The position numbers and the translations under genes were made by a program. A stretch of 64,000 nucleotides of DNA from an uncultured Chloroflexia bacterium. Its GTDB lineage: Bacteria > Chloroflexota > Limnocylindria > Limnocylindrales > CSP1-4. The stretch covers positions 992,001 through 1,056,000 of the forward strand of contig CAWEZH010000002.1 in the NCBI GenBank assembly GCA_963813535.1. The letters are read 5' to 3'. Positions 46,570 through 56,617 of the stretch are shown piece by piece. Position 1 is the first letter of the stretch; the number at the start of each line of letters is the position of its first letter. Under the pieces are notes generated by a model. It worked only from the letters and a program-made list of their open reading frames with translations. It was not told the origin of the DNA and ran no database searches.

Positions 46570-47832
46570 TCAGGCCCCCAGGTACACCCGTTCGGTCGAG
46601 ACCATGGGATCTGGGCAGAACGGCACGTCGCCTTGGGTGTTGAAGCTGGCGTCACCGCCATGGATGAGGACGCTGCCGTCGGGCAGCAGCAGCGCACTGC
46701 CGTCCTTGCGCGGTTCGAGGAGGTCGGGACCCACCGACCAGGCGTCGGCGACGGGGTCATAGAGTTCCGTCGTGACGGTGGCCTGGACACCGCTGCCGTC
46801 GGCGTCATAGACGGCACCACCGGCGACGAAGGCGCGCCCGTCCGCGAGGGTCGTGATCAGGGCGCCCTCTCGGGCCGTCGCCATCGGCGCGACCTCCGCC
46901 CACGTTCCGGTCTCGCCGTCGTATCGCTCGACGCGGGTCGACAGCTGCTGACCCTCGGCGACCTCCTCGTAGCCGAAGGCCAGGACGTCGCCACCGTCGA
47001 TCGGTACGAACCGCGGCTGGCGGACGACGCGCGGGCCGTCGATGGGCGTCCATGTCCTAGCGGCCGGATCGAAGAGCTGCAGCGCCACGTCGACCTCGAA
47101 GCCGAAGCCGACGGCCAGGACGCGATCGTCCGTGAGCCGGATGAAGGACAGGACCCCGAAGCCGTCGATGGGCGGACCTGCCGACCACGCCGTGGCGCCC
47201 GCATCGAGCAGCTCGGTGGTCGTGGTGTCGCCGGTCTCACCTCTCGCCACGACGCTGCCGACCATGACGCGTCCATCGGCGAGAGTGACCGCGGCGGGGT
47301 CACCACGGGCGACGTCGAGGAGCGGTCCGTCAGTCCACGAACCCGTGGTCGGGTCGAACAGCTTGGTGCTCGAATAGAGCTGGTCGTCGGGGTTCGTCCC
47401 GCCCACGACCAGGGCACGGCCATCGGACAGGCCGACCGTTGCGAAGGACTTTCGTGGCTTGTTGAGGCTCTCGGCCTCGGTCCACCGATCGGCCGCGGGG
47501 TCGTACCGCTCGGCCGTTTCGCTGCCGGGTTCGGCCGGCCCGGGCAGGCACGCGACGTCGTCGCCTACGGCCAGGACCGTCCCGTCGCCGAGCACCAGCG
47601 AGTCGAAGCCGGTCCGTGCGCGAAGCATCGGCGCAGCGCGCTCGACGCGGACCGCGGGTGCGCTTGGAGAGGGTGAACCAGGCGCCGACGGCGACCCGGA
47701 CGACGGTGCGGCAGTCGGCGCCGACGGCGCGACGGTGGGCGTCGGGCTGGCCGGTGCCGGCGAACCGCATGCTGCCACGAGAACGAGGCTCAGTAGAAGG
47801 GTGGTCGGGCGAAGGAGTGTGGGCGTTTCCAT
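46570..47832 (-). CDS. Kelch/galactose-oxidase repeat lipoprotein
   Basis: Lipobox LVAAC; repeats of L.DG.VLV.GG ... E.YDP....W. Confidence 0.9.
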   Translation of the reverse strand: METPTLLRPTTLLLSLVLVAACGSPAPASPTPTVAPSAPTAAPSSGSPSAPGSPSPSAPAVRVERAAPMLRARTGFDSLVLGDGTVLAVGDDVACLPGPAEPGSETAERYDPAADRWTEAESLNKPRKSFATVGLSDGRALVVGGTNPDDQLYSSTKLFDPTTGSWTDGPLLDVARGDPAAVTLADGRVMVGSVVARGETGDTTTTELLDAGATAWSAGPPIDGFGVLSFIRLTDDRVLAVGFGFEVDVALQLFDPAARTWTPIDGPRVVRQPRFVPIDGGDVLAFGYEEVAEGQQLSTRVERYDGETGTWAEVAPMATAREGALITTLADGRAFVAGGAVYDADGSGVQATVTTELYDPVADAWSVGPDLLEPRKDGSALLLPDGSVLIHGGDASFNTQGDVPFCPDPMVSTERVYLGA

Positions 47833-47887
47833 GGCCAGAGAGACGCTACCCCCGCGGCGTTGTGGCGCCGCGACGATCGACTGTCGG

Positions 47888-48850
47888 TCAGTTGACAGAC
47901 ACCGTGCGAGCGAACGTCTCGAGCAGGATGGCGACGAACCTACGCTCGTCGGCATCGAGTGCGACATCGACGTTCGGCTCTCGTCGACTCCGGAAGTTCG
48001 TGTCGACGACCGTCTCACCGACGGTGAGCTCGCCAGTCGTCTCGACGTCCACGTGTAGGTGGTGCGTGGTGATCACGCTGGGATCGACGATCGAGGCGAC
48101 GGCCAGGGCGTCGTGCACCGGGGCGGCGTGCGGCCGCTTCATCGGCTGGGTGGTGTCGTAGCCCTGGATCCGTCGCTCGGTGAATGTCGCCGCCGCGTTG
48201 GCGGCCGGTGTGCTCAGGGCCCGGAGCGCGGCACAGTCGTCGAGCGAGACGAGGGCCTGATGCGTGGCGTCGAGGGGCACGAGCGTGATCTTGCGGATGC
48301 CGCTGTTGATGACGACGCGGGCGGCCTCCGGGTCAGCCCACACGTTGAACTCGGCGCGTGGGGTCACGTTCCCGTAGCGGTTCGCGCCGCCCATGATCAC
48401 GAGCGCGGGGATGCGGTCCTTGAGCCGTGGCTCCTTCAGCAAGGCGGTCGCGACATTCGACAACGGCCCGACCGGGACGAGGATGATCTCCTCGGTCGCC
48501 GCGCGGTACGTCTCGATGAGGAAGTCGATCGCGCCGGTCGCCTGCTTCGATGACGTCGAGGGCGGGATGTCGAGATACCCGCCGTGGACGGCATTCGAGC
48601 TCTGGATGTCGCCGCGTGGGATCGGGAAGTCGTCGCGTTGCATCGGGCGATCGACACCCTCGTAGACGGGCACCGCCATACCGATATGGTCGAAGACTCG
48701 CAACGAGTTCTCGGTGCAGTAGTCGACCGGAACGTTGCCGTTGACGGTCGTCGCAGCGATGAGCTCCAAGTCGGGGTGGAGTGCCGCGAGCATCAGCGCG
48801 ACGGCATCGTCGGTCCCGGTGTCGACGTCGAGGATGACCTTCTGTGCCAT
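47888..48850 (-). CDS. inosine/uridine-preferring nucleoside hydrolase
   Basis: VILDVDTGTDDA, PVGPLSNVA, GNVTPRAEFN..ADPEAA, PVHDALA. Confidence 0.95.
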   Translation of the reverse strand: MAQKVILDVDTGTDDAVALMLAALHPDLELIAATTVNGNVPVDYCTENSLRVFDHIGMAVPVYEGVDRPMQRDDFPIPRGDIQSSNAVHGGYLDIPPSTSSKQATGAIDFLIETYRAATEEIILVPVGPLSNVATALLKEPRLKDRIPALVIMGGANRYGNVTPRAEFNVWADPEAARVVINSGIRKITLVPLDATHQALVSLDDCAALRALSTPAANAAATFTERRIQGYDTTQPMKRPHAAPVHDALAVASIVDPSVITTHHLHVDVETTGELTVGETVVDTNFRSRREPNVDVALDADERRFVAILLETFARTVSVN

Positions 48851-48883
48851 GGCGTCGAGTCTACGGAAGCGATCGATGGCTCA

Positions 48884-51800
48884 TCAGTGCGTCTCGTCAG
48901 GGTCGACCATTCCCAATCGCTGAGCGATCGCGGCCGCCTCGACGCGGTTCGCGACCCCGAGCTTGCCGATGATGTTCGACACGTGGACGCTGGCGGTCTT
49001 GCGGGTGATGAACAGGGCGTCGGCGATCTGCTGGTTCGACCGGCCCGCGGCGACGTGCCGGATGACCTCGGCCTCGCGATCGGTGAGACCCAGTCGCTGG
49101 TCCGCGTCGACGCCTTCGGGCTCCGTGGCGGTGGCCATGTCGATCCTGGCGTGGCGGGCCAGCGCCTCGATCTCGAGACGAAGCGGCGTGGCCCCGAGTC
49201 GTACGGTGGTGTCGTGCGCTTCCCGGAGCGCTGCCGAGGCTGACGAGCGGTCACCGCGCCCGGCTAGCAGCGCCTCCGCCGAGCGGAAGCGGGCGTAGGC
49301 GGTCGGCGCCGGCCGACCGATCGCCTGCCAGGCCGCCGCGGTTCGGGCCCAGGACTCCGTGGACGACACCCCGCGGACGCGATCGATCTCGCCGCGACAG
49401 AGTCCGGCCAGGGCGATCCGGCGCGGGTCTCCGTCGGCGGTGTCGTCGTCGCGACTCACGAGTACATCGGCGATCGGGGCCACTCGTCGCTCGGCCTCGC
49501 GCAGGGCGTCGTCGTCGTGGCCGGCACGGGCGGACGTCGCAGCATCACCCTCGGCACGCAGCGCGTGCCAGGCGAGCCAACCCGTCGCGGGGTCCAGGGG
49601 CGCCGTCGCATCGATGGTCGCCAACGCCGCGTCGGCGACCGTCCGGGCGACATCGAGCTGGCCCTGCCACGCCGCGAGCTCTGCGGTCGCCGACGCCAGC
49701 GCCGCGCCGTGCCGATCTGGACCGGTGCCGGTGGCGGCAAGCGCTTCGGCTTGCCGGAGATGTGCGGCAGCCTCGGCAAATCGACCCTGGTTCGTGTCGA
49801 CGCGCGCCCGGTTGACATGGAGCCAGATCGCCGCGGCACCGACGGGATCGAGCTCGAGCCCCTCGTCGGCTGCTGCAGCTGCCTCATCCCACCGTCCCAG
49901 GTCGAACAGACCCTTGGCGACGTGCCCCAGCAGGGCGCCCCCGTACGTCCGGGCGACACCGAGCCGCTGGGTGATGGCATATCCCTCCCGTCCGGCGGCC
50001 AGCGACTCCTCCGTCCGCCCGACGCGATCGAGCAACGCCGCCAGGTTCGCGTGCCCGAGCGCGATCCCTTCGACGCCGCCGAGTCGCTCAGCGATCACGA
50101 GTCCTTCCCGATAGGTGGCGATTCCCCGTTCGACGTCCCCGGTCACCGCCTCCGCCCAGCCGAGGATGCCGAGGCCCAGCGCCTCCTCGGACAACGCGTG
50201 CGCGGCGCGTGCGACGTCGATCGCCTCCTGGGCCATCACGTGGGCGGTGGTCGCGTCGCCGCTGAACAACCGCAACCCGGCCGCCTGGGCAAGGGCTCGG
50301 GCGCGGGCGGCCGACGGCGGATCCGCCGGGATGAGCCTGAGCGCTTCCGCGACGGCGGCGCCCGCGGCCCGTCGGTCGCCCGACTCCCACAGGAACCAGC
50401 GCTGTCGGTCGTGGAGGAGTCCCAAGCGGGTCGGGTCGGCTCGACCGTCGGCGACGTCGGCAAGCTCGGCCGCGATGATCGCCTGCTGCCCCAGCTCGAT
50501 CGCCCGAGCGTAGGCCCCCGTCAGCACGGCGCACTCGGCGGCCCGCTGCAGGACGGCGGGTCGGTCGAGGACCGTGTCTCGAAGGTCGTCGTTCGCGTCC
50601 CACAGCCCCAAGGCGCGTTCGTAGTGGTCGCGTGCCTCGGCGAATGCGTAGACGCTCTCGGCTGCCAGACCGGCTTGGACCAGGGCCGGGATGGCGCGCT
50701 CGTGGTCGCGCGCCGCGACCCAGTGGAACGCGAGCTCGGCCGGCGTCACCGGCACGCCACCGATCTGGCCGCGTCGCTCGAGCTCGAGACCGAACGCCGC
50801 GTGGAGGCGATGGCGCTCACCGTGGAGGAGCTCGCTCTCCGCGACCTCGGCGAGGAGGGCATGACGGAACGTGTATCCCGCGCGTCCATCACCAAGCGAT
50901 TCGGCGTCGACGAGCACGCCATGGACCACGGCCGGTCGAAGCGCGTCGGCGATCGCCGACACGGACTGGTCGAGCACAGCCGCGAGAAGATCATCGTCGA
51001 CGGGACGTCCTGCGGCGGCGGCAGCCCGCACGACGCGCCGCGTCGCCTCAGGCAGCGCAGCGAGGCGGTCGACGAGCACATCCCGCAGACCGGGCGGCAG
51101 CCGTCGATCGGTCCCGGTGCCCACGGCCGCCATGAGTTGCTCCACGAAGAACGGGTTGCCGCCCGTTCGGGCCAGGAGCTCATCCGTGTCCTTGGGCATC
51201 GCCCGATCGCGCTCGAGGCTGCGCATCAGGGCGGCCACATCGGACCGACCGAGCGGCCCGAGTTCGATGCGTTCGACCCAGGAGCTTCGCTCGAGCTCGG
51301 CCAGGAGTCGGACGATCGCGACGGACGGCTCGAGGTCGTCCGTGCGAACCGTCACCAGCAACAAGAGGGGCTGATGTCGCAGGTTTCGCGAGAGGTAGGT
51401 GACGAGCCCGCGGGTCCCCACGTCGGACCACTGGACGTCCTCGATGACGAGGACGACCGGCCCGTCGCGCCCGCGGCGCTCCAGGACCGTAAAGATCGCT
51501 TCGAAGAGACGGCCCTGACCGGCCCGGTCGGCCTCCTGTGCATCGGGCCGCGGCAATCCCGCCCCGGGACCGAACTCCGGTAGGAGACGTCCGATCTCCC
51601 CACGCACCGGCCCGAGCAGGCCGGCCAGAAGGGCAGGATCAATGGAGTGTGTCAGGTCGCGCAGCGCCTCGACGAATGGCGCGTACGGCACGGCCCCGCT
51701 TCCGGTCGGCAAGCAGGCACCGATCAATACGGTCGCGCCGTGCGCCCGGGCCGAGTCCGCGAGCGCACCGACGATGCGACTCTTGCCGATCCCCGCCTCA

Positions 51801-51922
51801 CCGCCGACGACGATCGTGCGACCGACCGGTGGGACCGCGACGATGCCGTCGAACGCGGCCTCCAGCCGAGCGAGTTCCCGCCCTCGCCCGACGATCTCGC
51901 CCGGCTCGATCCCCGCGGCCAA
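48884..51922 (-). CDS. AAA ATPase (STAND)-TPR-LuxR HTH transcriptional regulator
   Basis: IVGRGREL, GEAGIGKS, LVIEDVQWSD, GGNPFF, C-terminal GLTDREAEV...SNQQIA..LFITRKTASVHVSNI. Confidence 0.95.
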   Translation of the reverse strand: MAAGIEPGEIVGRGRELARLEAAFDGIVAVPPVGRTIVVGGEAGIGKSRIVGALADSARAHGATVLIGACLPTGSGAVPYAPFVEALRDLTHSIDPALLAGLLGPVRGEIGRLLPEFGPGAGLPRPDAQEADRAGQGRLFEAIFTVLERRGRDGPVVLVIEDVQWSDVGTRGLVTYLSRNLRHQPLLLLVTVRTDDLEPSVAIVRLLAELERSSWVERIELGPLGRSDVAALMRSLERDRAMPKDTDELLARTGGNPFFVEQLMAAVGTGTDRRLPPGLRDVLVDRLAALPEATRRVVRAAAAAGRPVDDDLLAAVLDQSVSAIADALRPAVVHGVLVDAESLGDGRAGYTFRHALLAEVAESELLHGERHRLHAAFGLELERRGQIGGVPVTPAELAFHWVAARDHERAIPALVQAGLAAESVYAFAEARDHYERALGLWDANDDLRDTVLDRPAVLQRAAECAVLTGAYARAIELGQQAIIAAELADVADGRADPTRLGLLHDRQRWFLWESGDRRAAGAAVAEALRLIPADPPSAARARALAQAAGLRLFSGDATTAHVMAQEAIDVARAAHALSEEALGLGILGWAEAVTGDVERGIATYREGLVIAERLGGVEGIALGHANLAALLDRVGRTEESLAAGREGYAITQRLGVARTYGGALLGHVAKGLFDLGRWDEAAAAADEGLELDPVGAAAIWLHVNRARVDTNQGRFAEAAAHLRQAEALAATGTGPDRHGAALASATAELAAWQGQLDVARTVADAALATIDATAPLDPATGWLAWHALRAEGDAATSARAGHDDDALREAERRVAPIADVLVSRDDDTADGDPRRIALAGLCRGEIDRVRGVSSTESWARTAAAWQAIGRPAPTAYARFRSAEALLAGRGDRSSASAALREAHDTTVRLGATPLRLEIEALARHARIDMATATEPEGVDADQRLGLTDREAEVIRHVAAGRSNQQIADALFITRKTASVHVSNIIGKLGVANRVEAAAIAQRLGMVDPDETH

Positions 51923-51955
51923 GCGTCGATGATACCGACGCCCGTCGCTGCAGCG

Positions 51956-52474
51956 TCACGGGGCGATCGGCTGCGTGGAGAGCAATCGCGTGCGGACCTT
52001 CGCCCGGGCCCGGCAGAGCAACGTACGTGTCGCAGGGTTGCTCCGACCGATCGATCGGGCGATCTCGTCGCCGCCGTACCCCATCGCCGCCAGCGCGAGG
52101 GCGACTCGGTGGACAGGGTCGAGCTCGGCGACGACAGCGCCGACCTCGCGGCTGCGCTCGTGCGCCAGGGCGACGAGTTCGGGTGACGCAGGCTGGTCCG
52201 GGATCGCCAGCGACGCCTGCTTCCTGTCCGCTACCGAGAGATGCCGGCCTCGACTCATCGCCAGGTTGTACGAGACGCGGTACAGCCACGGACCGATGTC
52301 GTCCGGCACGCGTCCCGCGGAGGTCTCGATGGTGAGACGGAGGAACGCGTCCTGGACGAGATCCTCCGCGACCGTCGCGTCCCGAGTGATACCCGTGACG
52401 TACCGCAACAATCCCGCTCGGTGAAGCTCGTACGCGGATCCCACGATCCCGTCGACAGATCCTTCGGTGGCCAT
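51956..52474 (-). CDS. ECF RNA polymerase sigma factor
   Basis: AEDLVQDAFLRL, WLYRVSYNL, GY..DEIARSIGRS..ATRTLLCRAR. Confidence 0.9.
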   Translation of the reverse strand: MATEGSVDGIVGSAYELHRAGLLRYVTGITRDATVAEDLVQDAFLRLTIETSAGRVPDDIGPWLYRVSYNLAMSRGRHLSVADRKQASLAIPDQPASPELVALAHERSREVGAVVAELDPVHRVALALAAMGYGGDEIARSIGRSNPATRTLLCRARAKVRTRLLSTQPIAP

Positions 52475-52584
52475 TCGTCGCCCCTTCGATCGGGTCGGCT
52501 GGATGCCGGCCGTGAGGCGACGCTCGGTCTAAGTCGATGGGAACGACATCGGGCACGAGCCCAGAACTTCATGGGACGACGGCA

Positions 52585-52622
52585 AAGAAACGACCCCGAT
52601 CCGATCGGACCGGGGTCATTCC
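52585..52622 (-). terminator. intrinsic terminator downstream of the CHRD gene
   Basis: Minus strand hairpin GACCCCGGTCCGATCGGATCGGGGTC followed by GTTTCTTT. Confidence 0.7.
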
Positions 52623-52638
52623 AGTAGCGGTGTGTCGG

Positions 52639-53130
52639 TCAGCGGCGGAGGTTGCCGCGGATCTCGCCACTGCCGTGGTTGATGCTGTGGACGTTGACGT
52701 ACGTCGCGCCGTTGCGCATCGCGCGAACGAGTTCTGCGAACTCGCCGCCCGTGATGGCCTGATCGACGGGACCGATGACGTCGGCCGCGTCGATGACGCC
52801 GGTCACCACACCGCCACGGAGCGGACAGGCCGGCTTATCGCCGCCGCCACACAGGAACGCTGCGACACCACCGTTCACGTCGGGTCGCGCGAAGTGGATA
52901 TGTGCGAAGCGCGAGTCCGAGCTGAGGTCACGGAACGTCAGCCGGTAGCGGATGGTCGAGCCCTTGATCTCGGCCGAGAACGAGCCACGAGCGGTCGTCG
53001 AGATGGACGGGACCTCGAGGTAGCCATTGAGCGATGCACGAAACACCTGATCCGAGTCGCCGATGACCGCCGGTGCGGCGACGACCAGGGCCAGCCCGGC
53101 GCCGGCGATGAGGAATGCCAACCTACGCAT
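52639..53130 (-). CDS. secreted CHRD domain protein
   Basis: Signal peptide; ASLNGYLEVPSIST.ARG, AHIHF, YVNVHS...GEIRG. Confidence 0.92.
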   Translation of the reverse strand: MRRLAFLIAGAGLALVVAAPAVIGDSDQVFRASLNGYLEVPSISTTARGSFSAEIKGSTIRYRLTFRDLSSDSRFAHIHFARPDVNGGVAAFLCGGGDKPACPLRGGVVTGVIDAADVIGPVDQAITGGEFAELVRAMRNGATYVNVHSINHGSGEIRGNLRR

Positions 53131-53173
53131 ACGTCTCCTCCTTCCGTCTCGGGCATGGGCGTCCGAGCTCTAT

Positions 53174-53325
53174 GGGTCGGTACGGTCGTGGTCGGGCGGC
53201 GGTTCTCTGCAGCCGTCGGGCATGGAAAGGCGCCTCGGCCCACCGGGGACAAACGAAGGGAGCCGAGGCGCCGGATGCGACGACTAAACCCCCGATATCG
53301 TCGCGCTCCTCGACCGTACGGACCC
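53174..53325. ncRNA. candidate structured RNA (outer stem enclosing three hairpins)
   Basis: 53174-53188 pairs with 53311-53325 at 14/15; internal hairpins at about 53195-53217, 53229-53272 and 53277-53304. Confidence 0.4.
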
Positions 53326-53474
53326 GGTCGTAATTGCGCCTCTATTCGCCCGCCGAGGGACATTACGCGGGCATTGCACGCCGACATTGGCGGTGACTGG
53401 AGGCACCACCCCAGGACAGGCGCGAAGGTCCTCTCGTTCGAGCTTGGCGTTGACCCGCGCTGTAGCGTGGATGG

Positions 53475-53804
53475 ATGCCCGAGCTCGACGACCTCGCGCC
53501 GACGACCGACACATCGGTCGGCAGCGGGGACGAGCTTGACCACACCGTGCGCGCCGAGCTCGTGGCGAGCTTCCTGGTCCTCGTCCTGACGGTGACGATC
53601 CTGTTCCTCGTGTCGGCTGCCGTTACGGGGCCGGAGGATGACCACGAGGAGCCCTTGGATCCCGATGCGCTCAGGACGGCCCCGACATTGATGGGCGTGC
53701 TCGAGGGGTCGGTGTCAGCGGGTCCATTCGATATCCCCCGGGTAGCGCCTGAGCACACGATCGAGCTCCTCGCGGGCAAGACCGCGGCCGAGTCGTCGCC
53801 GTGA
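53475..53804 (+). CDS. hypothetical membrane protein
   Basis: One strong TM (LVASFLVLVLTVTILFLVSAAV); the 3' end overlaps the opposite-strand ORF. Confidence 0.4.
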   Translation: MPELDDLAPTTDTSVGSGDELDHTVRAELVASFLVLVLTVTILFLVSAAVTGPEDDHEEPLDPDALRTAPTLMGVLEGSVSAGPFDIPRVAPEHTIELLAGKTAAESSP

Positions 53805-53888
53805 CTCCTCCTCGGCGCCAACAACAGACTCGAGGCGTAGGCGCTCATTGAGTTGGTCGCGCCTGGGATCCTGCGGCCTTTTCGTCAT
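53715..53888 (-). CDS. small hypothetical protein
   Basis: MTKRPQDPRRDQLNERLRLESVVGAEEESRRRLGRGLAREELDRVLRRYPGD; charged helical and protein-like. Confidence 0.55.
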   Translation of the reverse strand: MTKRPQDPRRDQLNERLRLESVVGAEEESRRRLGRGLAREELDRVLRRYPGDIEWTR

Positions 53889-54124
53889 CGCGATTGACAG
53901 CCTAGATGACGACCGAGCACCGATGATGGCCGCATGCCACGACATGCTTCCGAGGCGACACGTCAGGCCGCAGCCCCCCAGGCCAGCAGGCGGATGATCG
54001 CCCGTGGGCAGCGGCCCGGTATCGGTTCACGCGCCGCGTAGCGGGCGCTTGCGGTCCTCACCGATCGTCACCTGACAGCCGGAGGCTACTCTGACTCCCC
54101 TGCGCACCAGAAGGGGGCCGGACG

Positions 54125-54550
54125 ATGAGCACTGCCGGAGATCCCAAGCAGAAGCACAAGGGCACGGGTAGCAAATACGGACCACGGTTGACCTTCGCTG
54201 AGCGTGAGGCTCTCGCGAACCAGGCGGCCGCCAGTCACGCGACCGCGCTCGAGGACCCGGGCACCGGGCAGGCATTCATCCTGCTGGGCTGGATACCGCC
54301 ACTGATCACCGCCGCTATCGGCAGCGTGATCGTCGGACTCAGGACGGGCAGCCTCGGCGCTCTCGCCGCCGTGCTGATCGGCGGCACCGTCGCGGGCTAC
54401 ATCGCGTCTCTGGTGATCCTGTTCTCTGTCGGCCACAGTCTGGAGCAGCGCGGGGCGGGCTCGTTGATCGCGAAAGCGTTCGTCGGGTTGGTCCTGATCG
54501 TCGGCGTTGGCGCCGCCTGCTGGGTGGCGATAACGGTCGATCGTGGATGA
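54125..54550 (+). CDS. hypothetical membrane protein
   Basis: RBS GAAGGGG, 3-4 hydrophobic helices. Confidence 0.6.
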   Translation: MSTAGDPKQKHKGTGSKYGPRLTFAEREALANQAAASHATALEDPGTGQAFILLGWIPPLITAAIGSVIVGLRTGSLGALAAVLIGGTVAGYIASLVILFSVGHSLEQRGAGSLIAKAFVGLVLIVGVGAACWVAITVDRG

Positions 54551-54670
54551 AAAGACGAGAGCGCGAGCTGTCGCCGTCTCCGAGAAGTCGACGGACTGAC
54601 GTCGACTTGTCGATGGTCATCGACGTGACGCTATCGCGCCCCTATGCATAGGCCAAGTCGGTCCACGTAG

Positions 54671-54790
54671 GACTGTACGGGCCAGCAGTTACGTCCGGCC
54701 ATGCTGGAGCGCACAGCGGTCCAGATGGATGGGATCCTCACCCACCGCCAGAGGGCCGCTGGCGCCTGAAAGTGGTACAGCGGGTGGTAC
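54671..54790 (+). pseudogene. putative tyrosine-integrase C-terminal remnant with arm-type repeats next to the tRNA
   Basis: ..GQQLRPAMLERTAVQMDGILTHRQRAAGA* (stop 54769) resembles the helix after the catalytic Y; GTGGTAC repeated at 54772 and 54784. Confidence 0.45.
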
Positions 54791-54798
54791 GGACCACA

Positions 54799-54835
54799 AA
54801 GAGACCCCAGGCGGAACAACCGTCGGGGTCATTTC
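54799..54835 (-). terminator. terminator downstream of tRNA-Lys
   Basis: Minus strand GACCCCGACGG...CCGCCTGGGGTC followed by TCTTT. Confidence 0.65.
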
Positions 54836-54848
54836 GTGTGTGGAAGAG

Positions 54849-54923
<75 letters not shown>

Positions 54924-54998
54924 ACAGGATGCGGGGCGTTTCCCGCACGGATTTGGCAGTTTACATCGGAACGGTAGAGGCGCTGCCGGACGTCGGCC

Positions 54999-55307
54999 CT
55001 AGAAGCCCGGGTGAGTCCCGAACAACTGGATGAGGGCGATGCCCCAAGCGATGCTCACGCACGCGTAGAGGGCAGCGGCCTCGATCGATCGAGTCGAGCC
55101 GCCAAATCTCCGCGGCACGCTCGTCCGGCTGAGCGCCACAGCACACATGACCTCCCCGACGACGATGGCCACCACGAGCCATGGGGCTAGCAGCCAACCC
55201 GAGTAGTTGCCGAATGATTGGAGGGTGGCCCAGGCACAGAAAAGGCCGACCGCGGCAGGTACGACGGCCTCCCAGAGAAGGCCGAGAAATCGCCGGCGTC
55301 GATGCAT
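54999..55307 (-). CDS. hypothetical membrane protein
   Basis: Three hydrophobic segments. Confidence 0.5.
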   Translation of the reverse strand: MHRRRRFLGLLWEAVVPAAVGLFCAWATLQSFGNYSGWLLAPWLVVAIVVGEVMCAVALSRTSVPRRFGGSTRSIEAAALYACVSIAWGIALIQLFGTHPGF

Positions 55308-55332
55308 CCTCGAACGATATGCCTCGGCGTCC

Positions 55333-55842
55333 CTAGTTCAGGACGAACCAGGCCACGAAGGTGTCGGCCGTCGCCGTGCGATTGAGATAGATCCGCGCCT
55401 TTCCCTTGATCGGGTAGTTCGGGCGAACGGTCGTCACGAACGTGCCGGGTCGGTAGCTCATGAGATTGGCGAAGCACAGTGGCGTGCCCTCGAGACCGTG
55501 AAAGGGCAGATCGCTTGGACGGAAGTCGAGGTCGACGTAGGTCCTCCCCGCCCTGACGGTGGCTCGCCCGCTTCGCTTGAACCGGACCTTGCCGTGCGCG
55601 ATGAGTGCATCGCCGTTGTCGTCGGCGATCAGGCGCAGGACGTTCGCATGGGACAGCCACTCCGCCTGGATGACCGTCTCGGTCATCGAGTAGTTCGTCT
55701 CGCCCAGGACGACGTCGCCGTCGGTCCCGGCCATCACTGCAGCAGGTCGCCCGATCGCCGATGCCACCGTTGCAGCAGCGGCCCCAGCGACCGCTGTCAG
55801 CAGCGCGCGGCGTGAGTGCCGGGTACGGGTTTCGACGGACAT
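55333..55842 (-). CDS. Tat-exported hypothetical protein
   Basis: SRRALL twin-arginine signal followed by an Ala-rich h-region. Confidence 0.75.
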   Translation of the reverse strand: MSVETRTRHSRRALLTAVAGAAAATVASAIGRPAAVMAGTDGDVVLGETNYSMTETVIQAEWLSHANVLRLIADDNGDALIAHGKVRFKRSGRATVRAGRTYVDLDFRPSDLPFHGLEGTPLCFANLMSYRPGTFVTTVRPNYPIKGKARIYLNRTATADTFVAWFVLN

Positions 55843-56059
55843 CTGAGCGGCCTCAGCTACATGTGGTTCGCAGGACTAGACGCTCACCGGGGCTTCTCAT
55901 TGCGCTCTGGGACCTCGACGCGATGACGCATCGGTCGTAGCCTCAGACGCGATCGGCGGCTTGTTGCAGGCTTCTGAGCACCAAGGGGACGCGCCCGATG
56001 TGAAAGACATTGGCGATTCGGACGTCGATGAGCCGGATGTCGAACGCACCGACGCCCCA

Positions 56060-56617
56060 GTGATCACGAGCGGCGTAGCGCCTGGAGGCGTGTCGCACGC
56101 TGTGCCCCGAGCCGCGGTCGGGTCGATCGTCGAGGAGGCGTTCGATGAGCATGGGCCGCATCTGAAGGCCTTCGCGCTCGCCGCCGTGCGCGATCCCGAT
56201 GCCGCGGACGACCTCGTCCAAGAGTCGTTCCTCCGGCTTGTCGGCCACGTCCGCGCGGGCATGGTGCCGGACAACATCGGAGGTTGGCTGCACACGGTAT
56301 GTGCGAACCTCATCATCAGCCGCGGGCGACGCCAGGTCGTGGCGGTCCGGAAGCAGTCGTCACTTGTGGACCGCTCCGTCGGCGCCTCCGCCGAGGACCA
56401 CGCGATACGCTCCGACGAAGGCGCCCGGCTCCGTGATGGCCTCGCCGAGCTGCCGACCGACGCTCGGGTCGCGCTGCTCATGGCCGCCTCGGGTTACTCC
56501 GCGGCGGAGATCGGCGAGGCGATCGGTCGGACGTCGAACGCCACGTCGACCTATATCTGCCGTGCCCGGATCCGACTGCGCGAGATCCTGTCCCCCAGCG
56601 GGGAACAGTCGACATGA
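56060..56617 (+). CDS. ECF RNA polymerase sigma factor (start uncertain)
   Basis: ADDLVQESFLRL, WLHTVCANL, GYSAAEIGEAIGRT..AT..YICRAR. Confidence 0.9.
   Translation: MITSGVAPGGVSHAVPRAAVGSIVEEAFDEHGPHLKAFALAAVRDPDAADDLVQESFLRLVGHVRAGMVPDNIGGWLHTVCANLIISRGRRQVVAVRKQSSLVDRSVGASAEDHAIRSDEGARLRDGLAELPTDARVALLMAASGYSAAEIGEAIGRTSNATSTYICRARIRLREILSPSGEQST

Noticed and set aside
52585-54835. Similar GACCCC...CGGGGTCATT hairpins at 52590 and 54805 as attL/attR
   Set aside because: Only about 10 bp are shared, with no tRNA-derived sequence; both are adequately explained as intrinsic terminators.
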